In this document: in pieces, positions 1-10,423 of the stretch
Position numbering within the stretch: position 1 is the stretch's first letter
Layout of the letters: the number at the start of each line of letters is the position of its first letter
Assembly: GCA_000004985.1 (NCBI GenBank)
Contig: GG738918.1
Source of the DNA: Naegleria gruberi
Taxonomy: Eukaryota
Direction: 5' to 3' (one strand)
Length of the DNA: 64,000 bases
The notes under the pieces: generated by a model
What the model saw: only the letters and a program-made list of their open reading frames with translations
Database searches by the model: none
Told to the model about the DNA's origin: nothing
Translations under genes and position numbers: made by a program

Positions 1-329
1 TGTTGCTTGGCCTGGACATCCAAAGTGGTTGAGAGCATTCTTGGATTTGTTAGGTACTACCATTACCTTATAAATTATTTCTCAATTATTTCGAATAGAA
101 TTAAACACACTTTGATTTTTTATGATGCATCATTTTGGAGCTAGGTCAAGAGTTTCCGAAATACCTGGAAATGTGAATATCAATATTACAATTCATTACT
201 TTGGCAGCTATTTGTAGTTTGAAAAGTAATGATGATACCAATGGGTTTGATGGTACCTGTTTGCTTTTGTGTAAATTTCAATAGAACTCCATTTCTTTTA
301 TGCTTCAAATTCAATTCTAAAAAAATAAG

Positions 330-1799
330 ATGACGACCTCTCTTCCCAAAAGCCATCATTTATTGCTCCTTGCACTCATCATCATCATCTTGGTGTCTGT
401 TATATCAACAAATTGTGAATTATCCTCCCAACAACCAACCATCAAAATTAAAGATGAAAAATTGAGAAAGTTATTGAACAGAGATCGGATTGAAATTGGC
501 CAATTATTCAACATGTATCAAGGAAGAAAGGATATCAAATTTGTTAATAGTAATAATAAGAAGGCAACTGATGCCAAGTTTTCACCATTGATTGCTGTAG
601 GAGGGTTGGGTGGATCTGCACTCATGTCCAAGAGAGATCATGCTGTGAATGAACCTCATTGGTGGTGTGAAAAGACAACCAGAGATCCATTTCAAATTTG
701 GATGTCTTTGGAAGAGTTAGTTCCATTCTTTACTGAGGATTGTTTCGTTCATGACATGTCTATTGAGTTGAAAGATGGATTGTTGAGACAGAAAGATAGT
801 GGAGTGAGAATTTTTGGAAAGGACATTGGTGGAATGGGTGGTTTGGAATCAGTTTTTGCTCAATTGGAAAGTAAGGCCTACTATATGAAATATTTATCTG
901 ATTATTTGGTCAAGTATGGAAATTTTCAAATTGGAAAGAGTTTGAGAGGTCTCACAATTGATTGGAGATTGGGTGTTAAAGAATGGTCCAATAATAATAA
1001 CACAATTGGAGGTGATTTTTACACATTGAAATCATTGGTTGAGGATACCTATTACAAGAATGGAAATTTGAAAGTTTCCCTTCTTGGGCATAGTATGGGA
1101 GGTCCTTTCTTACAATATTTTTTGGCAAACTTTGTCAACCAAGTGTGGAAAGATCAATATATTTCAAATTTCATTCCACTATCTGGTGCTTTTGATGGTA
1201 GTCCAATTGCATTGATATTGTACATGACAGGAACCAATTGGGGACTTCCAATATTCGAATTGGAAAATGCCAGAAAGATTCTTCACCAATATCCATCACC
1301 ATTGTACATGTCTCCAAATTATTCACCATTCCAGTATCCATTTTTCACATATAACAATACTAAAGTGGTCAAGAATTATGAATCTTCTTCATTGGCAGAC
1401 ATTGAAAAATTCATGACAGATGCCAAAATTAAGAATGGTTTCGAATTGTATCAACATGAATACTCTGCTTATAAGTATAATAAGATTGCTGCTCCAAATG
1501 TCACCACTCATTGTTTGTATGGATATGGCATCCCAACTATCACTCACGTTGAATATTCAGGTCCAAAGGAAATGAGTGAATTGAATTTCAATGACCTAGT
1601 TCATGGAATGAATATTTTGAAAGTGGAAGATGGAGATGGAGTTGTTCCATCCTATTCTCTTCAAATTTGTGATGAATTTGCTAAATATCAGAAACAACCA
1701 GTTTATATTCATCGTTTCTTCAATGCAAGTCATACTGGAATTATTTATGAAGAAAAAACATTTGAAACTTTATTGGAAATATTGAAAGTTAATAATTAA
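330..1799 (+). CDS. LCAT-family (lecithin:cholesterol acyltransferase / PLA2G15-like) lipase-acyltransferase with N-terminal signal peptide
   Basis: 489 aa uninterrupted ORF with a true ATG. Hydrophobic N-terminus (LLLLALIIIILVSVIS). Lipase nucleophile elbow GHSMGG in the context LLGHSMGGPFLQYFL. N-terminal WWCEK region typical of PF02450 family members. Confidence 0.7.
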   Translation: MTTSLPKSHHLLLLALIIIILVSVISTNCELSSQQPTIKIKDEKLRKLLNRDRIEIGQLFNMYQGRKDIKFVNSNNKKATDAKFSPLIAVGGLGGSALMSKRDHAVNEPHWWCEKTTRDPFQIWMSLEELVPFFTEDCFVHDMSIELKDGLLRQKDSGVRIFGKDIGGMGGLESVFAQLESKAYYMKYLSDYLVKYGNFQIGKSLRGLTIDWRLGVKEWSNNNNTIGGDFYTLKSLVEDTYYKNGNLKVSLLGHSMGGPFLQYFLANFVNQVWKDQYISNFIPLSGAFDGSPIALILYMTGTNWGLPIFELENARKILHQYPSPLYMSPNYSPFQYPFFTYNNTKVVKNYESSSLADIEKFMTDAKIKNGFELYQHEYSAYKYNKIAAPNVTTHCLYGYGIPTITHVEYSGPKEMSELNFNDLVHGMNILKVEDGDGVVPSYSLQICDEFAKYQKQPVYIHRFFNASHTGIIYEEKTFETLLEILKVNN

Positions 1800-1873
1800 T
1801 GTACTTTAATTCAATGTAATTTTATAAACAAATTAATCTCTCAGAAAGAAATGAAATCAATTATTTGAAATGA

Positions 1874-2748
1874 TTAGTCATTATCGTATGGATTGATATA
1901 TTGTAAAACTCGGGCAACATTTTTGGAAACAATATTCTTTACAACCTTGTTAAGTGGATTCTTTCTCAAGGAATAATCCAATTCGAATCTGATATCTTCC
2001 TTTACTTTCTCTGCAATTTCAATTAATTTCTTATCAGATTTCAAACTATCAGAAGCAAATTTAAGTGCATTTCCATCTTGTAAAATTGCTTTCAGAACTA
2101 TCTCTCTATTATTTCTCATATCATTTGAAGCAAATTTTAAAGCACTTCCCTTATTCGAAACTGCTTCCAAAACAACACGTCTGTCCTTTCTCAATTTCTT
2201 TGAAGCAAACTCCAGATTATTTCCATTAATTTTTACAACTTTTAAAACCAATTCCAAATCATTTTTCAATTCACTTGAAGCATATCTGAAAGAATTAGTA
2301 ATACAACGAGTTTCAACACGAAATACTTATCATTTCGTAAAATAGGTGAAGCATATTCAAACGCATGATAATTTTGCTTTACAGCTGCCAAAACAATATC
2401 CCTGTCATTTCTCAAACTGTCAGATGCAAATTGAAGAGCACTTCCATATTGAGAAACAGCCAACTTGACAATTTCTTTATCATTTTTCAATCTATCAGAA
2501 GCATAGGATAGTGAATATCCATTTCTTTTAACAGCTTGTGAAATAATTTGTCTATTGTTTCGTACATCATGAGGAGCATTTTTCAACACATGAACATTAC
2601 TCACAATGCGACTTGAATAATCATCAATCGATTCTGGAATTTCGGAAGATGTGAAATTATGTGCAATGATCGGAACTAGATGATGATAGATTTGCTCTAA
2701 TCTATTTCTTCTCATTTTTTTTTGTAAAATAATTTGAAGGTTTTTCAA
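1874..2748 (-). CDS. DUF4116-repeat protein, 2 exons joined by a 41-nt intron (2286..2326)
   Basis: The two adjacent ORFs (2266..2748 and 1874..2269) are both made of repeated xASDxLRNDxEIVLxAV units. The minus-strand intron GTATTTCG...TACTAATTCTTTCAG (plus 2286..2326) joins them in frame, giving ...ILRNDK|YASSELKNDLELVLKVV. The intron has a TACTAAT branch-like motif. Confidence 0.7.
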
Positions 2749-2996
2749 AGAGTTGCCAGCTCACCACCGAGGAAACAATTCACTGATCAAGATCCAATCT
2801 TTGTGTAAAATCCATTAAAAAATCCATTAAAATAGAAATTTTAAAACCAGAACATGCGAATGGTGGTTCAAGTTCAACGCCTTAATAATCAATTTAAGAA
2901 AAAAAAAATCACAACTCGATCTTTGGAATGTCCTCCTCCATTATTATTACTGGTTCAAACACCATCATCACTCTTGAAAGTTTGAAAAGAGGCCAA

Positions 2997-3326
2997 TCGG
3001 AACTGAATTCTCTGAAAAGAAGTGATTATTGTGAAATGGTGTCGTTTTTAAAACCTCCTGCTAGGGTTCAAATTATTTTCACTCTTGTGATGATCTTGTT
3101 GGGAAGGGAAGGAACATTCACAAGTGAGGGATGTTATGAATGGAATGACATGAAGAAGGATATTCATTCTCTTGAATTCCCCCTACTGCTCCAGAGAGTT
3201 GAAGTTGTTTCTAAGGAAACTCTTGATAAGGCCAATGAATTTATCAAGAATCATCGTGATGTGCTTAATCGTTCTGTTTATGCTCCAATGTCATTGGTTG
3301 CGGAAAGAATGTGTGTTTGGGCATGA
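2997..3326 (+). pseudogene. Orphan fragment resembling the dynein heavy chain stalk (CC1/MTBD entry)
   Basis: The ORF shows LKPPARVQIIFTLVMILLG ... WNDMKK ... NEFIKN ... SLVAERMCVWA. This matches the dynein heavy chain signature xKPPAGVxxVxxAVCILLG ... W..AKK ... and the downstream ...AAxGLCxWV block. Only about 110 aa are present, with no further dynein sequence on either side; the flanks are a DUF4116 gene and a P450 on the other strand. Confidence 0.45.
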
Positions 3327-3366
3327 ATTTTTTCCTCCTTTCTTTATTCGAAATGTTCTTTGGTGT

Positions 3367-5103
3367 TTATTGATTTGATAAGAGTGGTTTAACATGATCT
3401 CTTGGGATGAAATAGACTGGATTCTTATTCATATCAATATAGAACATGGATTGATCAGTTTCCATCTTTGGAAATTCATTTGGATTTTCGTGAACTAATC
3501 TGAAATGTCTAACAATATTAATCAATGAAAATAGAATTTCAGTAGTGGCCACTCTAGATCCAGGACATTTTCTAGCTCCCAAACCAAATGGATTGTGTAC
3601 ATAGTTATTGATTGGGCGACATTCATGACTCTTTTCATATCTTTCTGGAATAAACTCCATCGAATGTGGAATAAACTTTTCAGAATACTTTGGACTCTCA
3701 AAAAAGTGCACGAATGAACCTTTAGGAATCTTATATCCAGCAATCTCCAAATCCTTACTTAAAACTCTCAAACTTGAAGTGTCTATGACGTGATTCAATC
3801 TCATTGATTCATCAATAAAGTTTCTACAAAATTTAAGCTTCTTGAATTGCTCTGCTGTGATAAGCAGATTTCCATTCGTAATTTCATCAATTGATGGCTC
3901 TCCGAAAACTTTGACTAATTCCTCATAGAGTTTCTCCTGATATTTAGTTTCGTGAGCTATTCTATACATGGTAATGGCCATAACTCTGGCTGTGATATCG
4001 ACACCAGCTAAAAGGAAGGAACTGAGTGTGATGGTTGCCATCTCATTACCACGTTCATATTCCTTCGCCTTTTCTTCAATCAATTCTTTCAATCGAGGCA
4101 TTCCAGAAGGATTAGATTCAGTAAATAAATTAATACACATTTTACATCTCTCTATAATGGAAACATAGAGTGTTTTCAATTCTAAATAGTCCTTTCTACG
4201 TAAATACTTGAAGAATGGAATATCAAAAACTGTACGTGTACCAATATCTAAAAATCTCAGTGCATCCTTCACGAATAGATCTCTATCGAATGGTAAGATT
4301 AGAGATTTATCATAGAAATTGGCACCTAAAAAGACCTTTGAAACTGCGTTAAAGGTATATCTGGAGATGAATTGAGTTGGATTTACAATTTGAAAAACAG
4401 GAGAATTGGCAATTGACTTTTTGAAATCTTCATCTTGGATTTGATTCATGGTTGACTGAATGTTTTCAGTTTTTTTCAAATGTTCAATCAAACAATTCAT
4501 AAAACCAGAATTCAATTGAGTCAACTGTGGTAAAGAAATGCTTTCTGACAAATCAGGACGCATGGCAATGTTAAATAAACTTCTAACATCTTGCCAGTTT
4601 TCGTCTGGTTTCATCTCAACTGGGGCCATGATCATATTTTCATCCAATTTAACTTGTCTGAAACCTTTCACATAGAATCTACCTTCATCTTGTTGGGCAA
4701 CCTCTTTCACATAGATTGGATTTGATAGAATGACATTGTTAGCTCCTAACAATTCAAACTTTACAACTTCTCCGTATTCCTTTACCAATTTTTCAAAGTA
4801 AGCTTGTGAATTCTGTGAATGTTTGAAGAATTCCAAAGCATCACCAATTAATGGATATCCTTTAGGTCCTGGAATACTACTATATGGTTTTACCTCTTTC
4901 TTCTCTTTGGAATGATTTCCTGCAAAGGGACATGCTCCTTCATGTTGTTCTAGTTGACCATCTAATTTTGCTGCTGTATTACTGTAAAATCTTACAACAT
5001 TACCACTAAGACATGCATGTTTTGTAACTGATAATCTCTTCAATGCAGAGCAAGGGATCTGATATCTAATCATTTTCTTTCTTTTGTCCATTTGGCTTGG
5101 CAT
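3367..5103 (-). CDS. Cytochrome P450 monooxygenase, mitochondrial-clan-like
   Basis: 578 aa ORF with a true ATG. Heme-binding signature FGLGARKCPGSRVA (FxxGxRxCxG). N-terminal SSIPGPKGYPLIGD resembles the mitochondrial-clan IPGP entry motif. ETLR-like and PERF-like regions are present (PERY). Confidence 0.9.
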   Translation of the reverse strand: MPSQMDKRKKMIRYQIPCSALKRLSVTKHACLSGNVVRFYSNTAAKLDGQLEQHEGACPFAGNHSKEKKEVKPYSSIPGPKGYPLIGDALEFFKHSQNSQAYFEKLVKEYGEVVKFELLGANNVILSNPIYVKEVAQQDEGRFYVKGFRQVKLDENMIMAPVEMKPDENWQDVRSLFNIAMRPDLSESISLPQLTQLNSGFMNCLIEHLKKTENIQSTMNQIQDEDFKKSIANSPVFQIVNPTQFISRYTFNAVSKVFLGANFYDKSLILPFDRDLFVKDALRFLDIGTRTVFDIPFFKYLRRKDYLELKTLYVSIIERCKMCINLFTESNPSGMPRLKELIEEKAKEYERGNEMATITLSSFLLAGVDITARVMAITMYRIAHETKYQEKLYEELVKVFGEPSIDEITNGNLLITAEQFKKLKFCRNFIDESMRLNHVIDTSSLRVLSKDLEIAGYKIPKGSFVHFFESPKYSEKFIPHSMEFIPERYEKSHECRPINNYVHNPFGLGARKCPGSRVATTEILFSLINIVRHFRLVHENPNEFPKMETDQSMFYIDMNKNPVYFIPRDHVKPLLSNQ

Positions 5104-5519
5104 TCATGCTGTTTTTATATAAAGTTGAAATGGAAGAGCAAGTGCACTGAGAAAATCGTCACTCCGGTCAATGTGCTTTGTTTCTGAGTGGATTATGATT
5201 GACCAATGGTTCTAATTGCGATTGGAGATGAGATTTTTGCAACACCGACAATAAGTTTAAATTCAAATTTGAAACTGTTTTTTTCAAGGTCAGTTTTTGG
5301 AGGTAATTTTGTTTTGGCAAATTAATTGATTGGTTAAGTTGAATAACCAATTTATTTCCTTAGTATTCTCTAAGAAAAATTGGAAGAAGAAAATCAATTA
5401 TTTTGAATGCGGAAGAATGTTTTCTGATAATTTCCAAGTTTCCAGAATGTTTGGATTATTTTAATATTGTTTTCTTGTTGATTCTTATTAAAAGTATTTA
5501 TTTGTATGATAGATATTTC

Positions 5520-5670
5520 ATTGTGTGAATGATAAATGAAAACATGTATCACATTTTGAATTTATGCGAGTGATTGACATGTCACATGTTGAGTCATATG
5601 TGAATGATAAAATTGGCTAATAGAGTACATGTGAATGATTCACATATACTGTATGTGAATGTATAAACAA
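5520..5670. repeat. Cluster of four copies of a TGTGAATGA(T/A) motif within ~150 bp
   Basis: The motifs are tgtgaatgataaa (5524), tgtgaatgataaaa (5599), tgtgaatgatt (5630) and tgtgaatgtat (5655). The cluster lies in an intergenic region upstream of an orphan exon-like ORF. Confidence 0.4.
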
Positions 5671-5811
5671 CTCACATAATGTGTTTATTCAATCACAATT
5701 GAAACAATACATTACAATTATCCAGATAAATGGTGGAGCAAATATTCTGAAAATCATCACAGGAAATATTCATGAATCTATTATGGGGTACGTGATGGGT
5801 TTGTTATTTAG

Positions 5812-5979
5812 TATTATATTAATTTAACTTATTGTGTTTTTTATCTAAAAAAGGGTGGACAAAATGCACCATTGACCGTTGATGTTGGTGTTTCAGGAAT
5901 TGTTAAAATTCTTGATAACTTTAAGGATGAACAAAATGGTACTTTCATTCAACATGATGGAACTCCATTGAATTGGTAA
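5812..5979 (+). other. Orphan exon-like ORF without ATG (..GGQNAPLTVDVGVSGIVKILDNFKDEQNGTFIQHDGTPLNW), flanked by donor/acceptor-like sites
   Basis: Open frame from the stop at 5809 to TAA at 5977. A GTAAT donor sits right at its end and a GTACGT donor plus poly-A/AG acceptor lie upstream. I could not assemble a consistent multi-exon model or assign a family. Confidence 0.25.
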
Positions 5980-6274
5980 TTGATTTTATAAAGTAATCTC
6001 TTTGATTTATCAAATTTTCAATTTTTTAGGATAGGCAGTTATTGAATTAGTTTGGATTGTTGACTATAATTAAAGAGAAAGGTTTATGCAACCAACACAG
6101 AAACAAAGCATTAGGTGGTGACGATTTTCTCAGTGCATTTCAAATATTTATAGCAAGAAGCAACACTTTTTTTAGGTAGCTCAGATAAATGCAAAAAACA
6201 ACTATGGAAATTATGAATACCGATGTATGGTATATTTCATATTAGTCTGATCTTGATCAGTGTGATGGAATGGT

Positions 6275-7939
6275 TCAATGGTTTTGGATTGAAGGTCTGT
6301 AATTAATGAAATAGTCTTTGGAGTGTTCTATTTTGATTCCCTTCTCAACAGTAATATAATTGTAAACACTGGGGTAAGATTTTTTTGGAATCCAAAATAA
6401 TGTCTTTTCCAAGTCTTGTTCAATGCCAGGTACGTTACTAATAAAAATCAAGCCCAGACTTGTTGCAGCAAGTTCCTTATCTTTGCCAGTTAAATATTGG
6501 TTGACAAGTTCTTCATATCCCAGTAGTAGATTGGATTCTAAAAGGCCAGGAATTCCAATAATTTGTTTTCTTGCAATCCAAATAATTGCTAAAGGATATT
6601 CATATTTGTTTTTCAATTGACTGAAAACTTGGAAGGAATCAATCATGTCAATTTCTAAACCTGAAGCCCACAACAATGCCTTGATATTTGATTCATCCAA
6701 GTGATTACTGATATATTTGAAAAAGTTCAAACACTCTTTGTTTCCTTTTCTTGCTGATATAAAGGCATTAAAAAATACTTGTTGAGGAATTCCACATCCA
6801 AACTTGATTTCTTCGATTTTCTTGCTATTTTGTTCATACTCATAAATTTCATTATAAACTATATTAAGGATGTCAGTGTTATAGTTGCTCTCTTCAGATT
6901 CATTTGAAAATAATGACCGACACCAGTACATTCGAATTGGAGTTGATTTTAAACCATTAATATTATTAATTAAACATTCTCTACTATCATCACTAAAATC
7001 TCCTTCATGATCGACAATACTAAACTCTGAAAGGAAATCTGAAATGATTTCTGTCAATCCACGAGATACTGTGAAATAACAGGCCCCAATAAAAGTAATA
7101 ATCTTGTCATCCCTTCTTCCAATAACTGATGATAAGAAAATGTTGCATAATTCTCTGGCAGATTCATTTCCATTTCGAGCTAATCGACACATGTCCAAGA
7201 AACCAGTGCTTACCGATCTAATGTAGTCATAAATTGGAAATCTCACCGATTTCTTTAACTTTTTCATATATTGTTCACATATTCCTTGAATTTGTTTCGA
7301 ATAGTCTCGTTGTGAAATTTCAATTTCCAATATCTTGGAAACTGTCTCTTCAATGGAAGGAATTGTTTTAAAACTTCCTTCAATTTTAAAATTTGATAAA
7401 TCACAAGCATATTGATTGCAATTATTCCTTGCTTCATGAAACAATTTTTGATAACATGAAAGAACAGTTGGTGAAGATTTACAACTGATAGTATCCGAGT
7501 GATAGAGCATTTCTGGATATTCCTCTGTTAAAACGAACAACTTTCCAACAAGTTCCTTCATTGAATGTTTGCTTAGTTCATGTTGAAATTCACCTCCATC
7601 TACAATAAATTGGCACAACACTTGCTTGGAAGTATAAGTTTTCCAAACAAGCTGATAACGGTAATTAGGAAATGTTTCGAACAAGACACAAAAACATTCA
7701 TCCCTTTCGTTCCATTCAATATGAAATGCTCTTCTTTCTTCTCCCGCATCATTTCTTATGCTCAAGTTCTTCCTAATGTTTCCGATATTATCATCCAACT
7801 GTTGTGATGGCTTTGCTAATTTATGATCGACAAATAGCAATGCAAACTCAGCTACAAACATTGAAGCTGATGTTTTACGTTTGGAAAATACAAACAAGCC
7901 TCCTTTTTCTTTTGCTTTGATAGCTTTGAATTTGAACAT
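6275..7939 (-). CDS. Hypothetical protein (554 aa), no recognisable domain
   Basis: Long uninterrupted ORF with a true ATG. Codon usage is like its neighbours and Cys residues are spread throughout. No motif I can assign. Confidence 0.5.
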   Translation of the reverse strand: MFKFKAIKAKEKGGLFVFSKRKTSASMFVAEFALLFVDHKLAKPSQQLDDNIGNIRKNLSIRNDAGEERRAFHIEWNERDECFCVLFETFPNYRYQLVWKTYTSKQVLCQFIVDGGEFQHELSKHSMKELVGKLFVLTEEYPEMLYHSDTISCKSSPTVLSCYQKLFHEARNNCNQYACDLSNFKIEGSFKTIPSIEETVSKILEIEISQRDYSKQIQGICEQYMKKLKKSVRFPIYDYIRSVSTGFLDMCRLARNGNESARELCNIFLSSVIGRRDDKIITFIGACYFTVSRGLTEIISDFLSEFSIVDHEGDFSDDSRECLINNINGLKSTPIRMYWCRSLFSNESEESNYNTDILNIVYNEIYEYEQNSKKIEEIKFGCGIPQQVFFNAFISARKGNKECLNFFKYISNHLDESNIKALLWASGLEIDMIDSFQVFSQLKNKYEYPLAIIWIARKQIIGIPGLLESNLLLGYEELVNQYLTGKDKELAATSLGLIFISNVPGIEQDLEKTLFWIPKKSYPSVYNYITVEKGIKIEHSKDYFINYRPSIQNH

Positions 7940-8037
7940 TTTTTTATTAAGGAAACACCATGTTGCTGCAGTTTGTAGCGTTCTAGATAGTTAACGCAGC
8001 GAATAATATTGATAAACATAAAGTTAAGAAAGTGAAT

Positions 8038-8155
8038 GGCTACGGCCATATCACGATGAATGCACCTCATCCCGTCCGATTTGAGAAGTTAAGCATCGTA
8101 GAGCCACATCAGTACTGAGGTTGGAGACAACTTGGGAACCTGTGGTGCTGTAGTC
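8038..8155 (+). rRNA. 5S ribosomal RNA
   Basis: GGCTACGGCCATATCACGATGAATGCACCTCATCCCGTCCGATTTGAGAAGTTAAGCATCGTAGAGCC...GGGAACCTGTGGTGCTGTAGTC matches the canonical eukaryotic 5S consensus, including GCCATACCAC, CCCGTCCGATCTG, AAGTTAAGC, and the end CTGTAG. It is followed directly by TTTTT. Confidence 0.85.
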
Positions 8156-8160
8156 TTTTT
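8156..8160 (+). terminator. Pol III oligo-T terminator of the 5S gene
   Basis: A T5 run immediately follows the 5S 3' end. Confidence 0.6.
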
Positions 8161-8220
8161 ATGATTATTTATTGAATTCAAATTACAATTCAAAAATGTT
8201 GAAATATAATTATTTCATTG

Positions 8221-8859
8221 TTAATGTTGTCCTGAAACAGCTTTCCATGAAGGTCTTGATGAAATCTTTTCCCACCAAGCTTTAACATGTGGACGATCCA
8301 ATAACAAATTACCCAATCCAATGGCAAACAACAAGTTTCCGTATGGCAAATGATACAAATCGGCTAAGGTAAATTGATTTCCACCAATGAATTCTTGTTT
8401 GGCCAATACTCTTTCATAGGCATCCAAATTGAGAGACAACTTTTCACTCAATTGCTTGACACGAGCTTCGTCGGCAGCTCCATATCCCATCATTCCCTTA
8501 AATAACTTTTCAAAGACTAAACCAGATGCGTTAGAATCAAAGTAAGCAGTTTCAATGGAAGCTCCTTGTTCAAATAAACCCAAAGCTTTGAGCTCAGTTG
8601 GAATAAGTTCAGTTCCTTTACTCTTGTGTTTGGCTTCCAAATAACGACAGATGGCTCGTGATTCATAAATCAAGAAACCATCATCTTCCAAGACTGGAAT
8701 GACACCAAATGGGTGCTTTTCCAAGTAGGATGGTGATTTATGTTCTCCCTTCATCAAATCAACTGGTACAAGTTCGAATTCTAAACCTTTCTCTTTAATT
8801 GTTGTCAAAACACGTTGAACACAAGTAGATTGAGCAGCACCATAAATTTTGTAGACCAT
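8221..8859 (-). CDS. Glutathione S-transferase
   Basis: 212 aa protein. N-terminal thioredoxin-like GST fold MVYKIYGAAQSTCVQRVL...HPFGVIPVLEDDGFLIYESRAICRYL, followed by a C-terminal helical domain. Confidence 0.85.
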   Translation of the reverse strand: MVYKIYGAAQSTCVQRVLTTIKEKGLEFELVPVDLMKGEHKSPSYLEKHPFGVIPVLEDDGFLIYESRAICRYLEAKHKSKGTELIPTELKALGLFEQGASIETAYFDSNASGLVFEKLFKGMMGYGAADEARVKQLSEKLSLNLDAYERVLAKQEFIGGNQFTLADLYHLPYGNLLFAIGLGNLLLDRPHVKAWWEKISSRPSWKAVSGQH

Positions 8860-9031
8860 TTTGTTGTAGTAATGTAAAGTTGTTTTTTTTGTGATTAGAA
8901 ATGCATGCTATTGAAATGCCATTTATGGTGGATTCTGTATCCGAAACCAAAGCGCTATCGTGAGCACTAATTTTAATGATCTTAGGAAATGTCGCAATAA
9001 ATGGTTTGCATTACATCCTCTTTGAAACAAC

Positions 9032-10423
9032 ATGTCTTTGAAATTGATCATGTATTCAATTATTATTGTAAACTGTTGTTTATTCAATTTCCACTGTTTG
9101 TTTGAAAAATTAACAAAAAAAAATGAGCAAACGAAGCAGACAATTTATAAATTAATTGATTCGGAGGAAATATTCACTCTCAATAATAACAGAACAGAAG
9201 AGAAAGCAAAAAAGAAAAAACTCCAAGAAATATTCTCCAATGATGTTCTTTCAGAAATTGTATCTTTTAATAATGATTTTAAATTCGGAGTGATGACTTG
9301 TGCATTGGTTTCAAAGCAATGGTTTTCTGTTGTGAAGGAACGATCGAAACTTTCACTGCTATGTAAAAGTATTAAGAAATTACAAGGTGAATTTTTGGAG
9401 AATATTGAAAATTTGCGATTGGAAAGAAATAATAGATTCTTTGATTGTCAAATAATTGGATTGATGAAAGGATTGACAGTTCTCAGTGCTGAAAATTGTA
9501 TTGGTACAGAAGGGGTCAAGCATATTTGTAAAATGAACAATTTAACAAAACTGAATATCGAGAGAAATGAAATTGGTGAAGAAGGAGCCAAGTACATTAG
9601 CAAAATGAAACAATTAACTGAGCTCAACGTTGGATGGAACGGTATTGGTAAAGAGGGGGTTGAATTTATCAGTGAATTGAAAAATTTGACCTTACTTGAA
9701 ATTGAAGCTTGTAGGATTTGTGACGAAGGGGCTAAATCTATAAGCGAATTGAAGCAATTGACCCATCTCAATATTTCTTACAATAATATTAGTAATTTAG
9801 GATCAAAATATTTAACTGAATTGAAACAACTGACAGTTCTTACTCTTTGTGACTGTAATATTAGTGAAGAAGGATGCAAATATATTTCTGAGTTGAACCA
9901 ATTAACTGACCTCGATATTAGTAACAATGATATTGGATGCAACGGAGTTGAATATATTAGTGGAATGAAACAATTACTTTTCCTGTATATTTATGGAACT
10001 AATATGTACCCTACTGAACTTCAAAAGATCAGTGAAATGAAACAAGTAACAAACCTTAATATTTCATGGAATTATGTTGGAGATGAAGGAGCTAAATATA
10101 TTAGTGATATGAAACAATTGACTAAACTTGAGGTTGTAAGAAGTGATATTTCTACAGAAGGGGCTAAGCACATTAGTGAATTGAAACAATTGACTGATCT
10201 TAACATTGGTGAGAACAATATTGGTGGTGAAGGAGCAATTGCCATTAGCAAAATGAATCAATTGCGTATTCTAGATATTAGTGATAATAACATTGGTGGA
10301 ATAGGCGCAGAACACGTAAGCCAAATGAAACAATTAACTCATCTTGATATTAGCCACAATTGTATTGGAAATTATGGAGCTAAACGAATCAATACAATGA
10401 AACTGGTATTTCTTAGCAAATAA
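9032..10423 (+). CDS. F-box-like + RNI-type leucine-rich-repeat protein (paralog family A)
   Basis: N-terminal F-box-like segment IFSNDVLSEIVSFNNDFKFGVMTCALVSKQWFSVVKE. It is followed by about 13 tandem 24-aa LRR units of the form xNxIGxEGAKxISEMKQLTxLxIxx. Confidence 0.7.
   Translation: MSLKLIMYSIIIVNCCLFNFHCLFEKLTKKNEQTKQTIYKLIDSEEIFTLNNNRTEEKAKKKKLQEIFSNDVLSEIVSFNNDFKFGVMTCALVSKQWFSVVKERSKLSLLCKSIKKLQGEFLENIENLRLERNNRFFDCQIIGLMKGLTVLSAENCIGTEGVKHICKMNNLTKLNIERNEIGEEGAKYISKMKQLTELNVGWNGIGKEGVEFISELKNLTLLEIEACRICDEGAKSISELKQLTHLNISYNNISNLGSKYLTELKQLTVLTLCDCNISEEGCKYISELNQLTDLDISNNDIGCNGVEYISGMKQLLFLYIYGTNMYPTELQKISEMKQVTNLNISWNYVGDEGAKYISDMKQLTKLEVVRSDISTEGAKHISELKQLTDLNIGENNIGGEGAIAISKMNQLRILDISDNNIGGIGAEHVSQMKQLTHLDISHNCIGNYGAKRINTMKLVFLSK

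Noticed and set aside
3522-4168. Short antisense ORFs overlapping long genes throughout the window (e.g. 3522..3743, 3968..4168, 9448..9771, 22200..22397, 43242..43672)
   Set aside because: They are embedded within and antisense to, or out of frame with, well-supported long CDSs. They have biased low-complexity composition and often start at non-ATG codons, as expected for chance ORFs in AT-rich DNA.
7852-8070. 72-aa minus-strand ORF from the track
   Set aside because: It overlaps the 5S rRNA gene antisense and lies in the promoter region of the 6275..7939 gene, so it is almost certainly spurious.
8860-9031. Possible tRNA genes in intergenic spacers
   Set aside because: I scanned for the GTTCGAnnC T-loop box and cloverleaf-compatible flanks and found no convincing candidate by eye. 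A tRNAscan run would be needed, so I report none.
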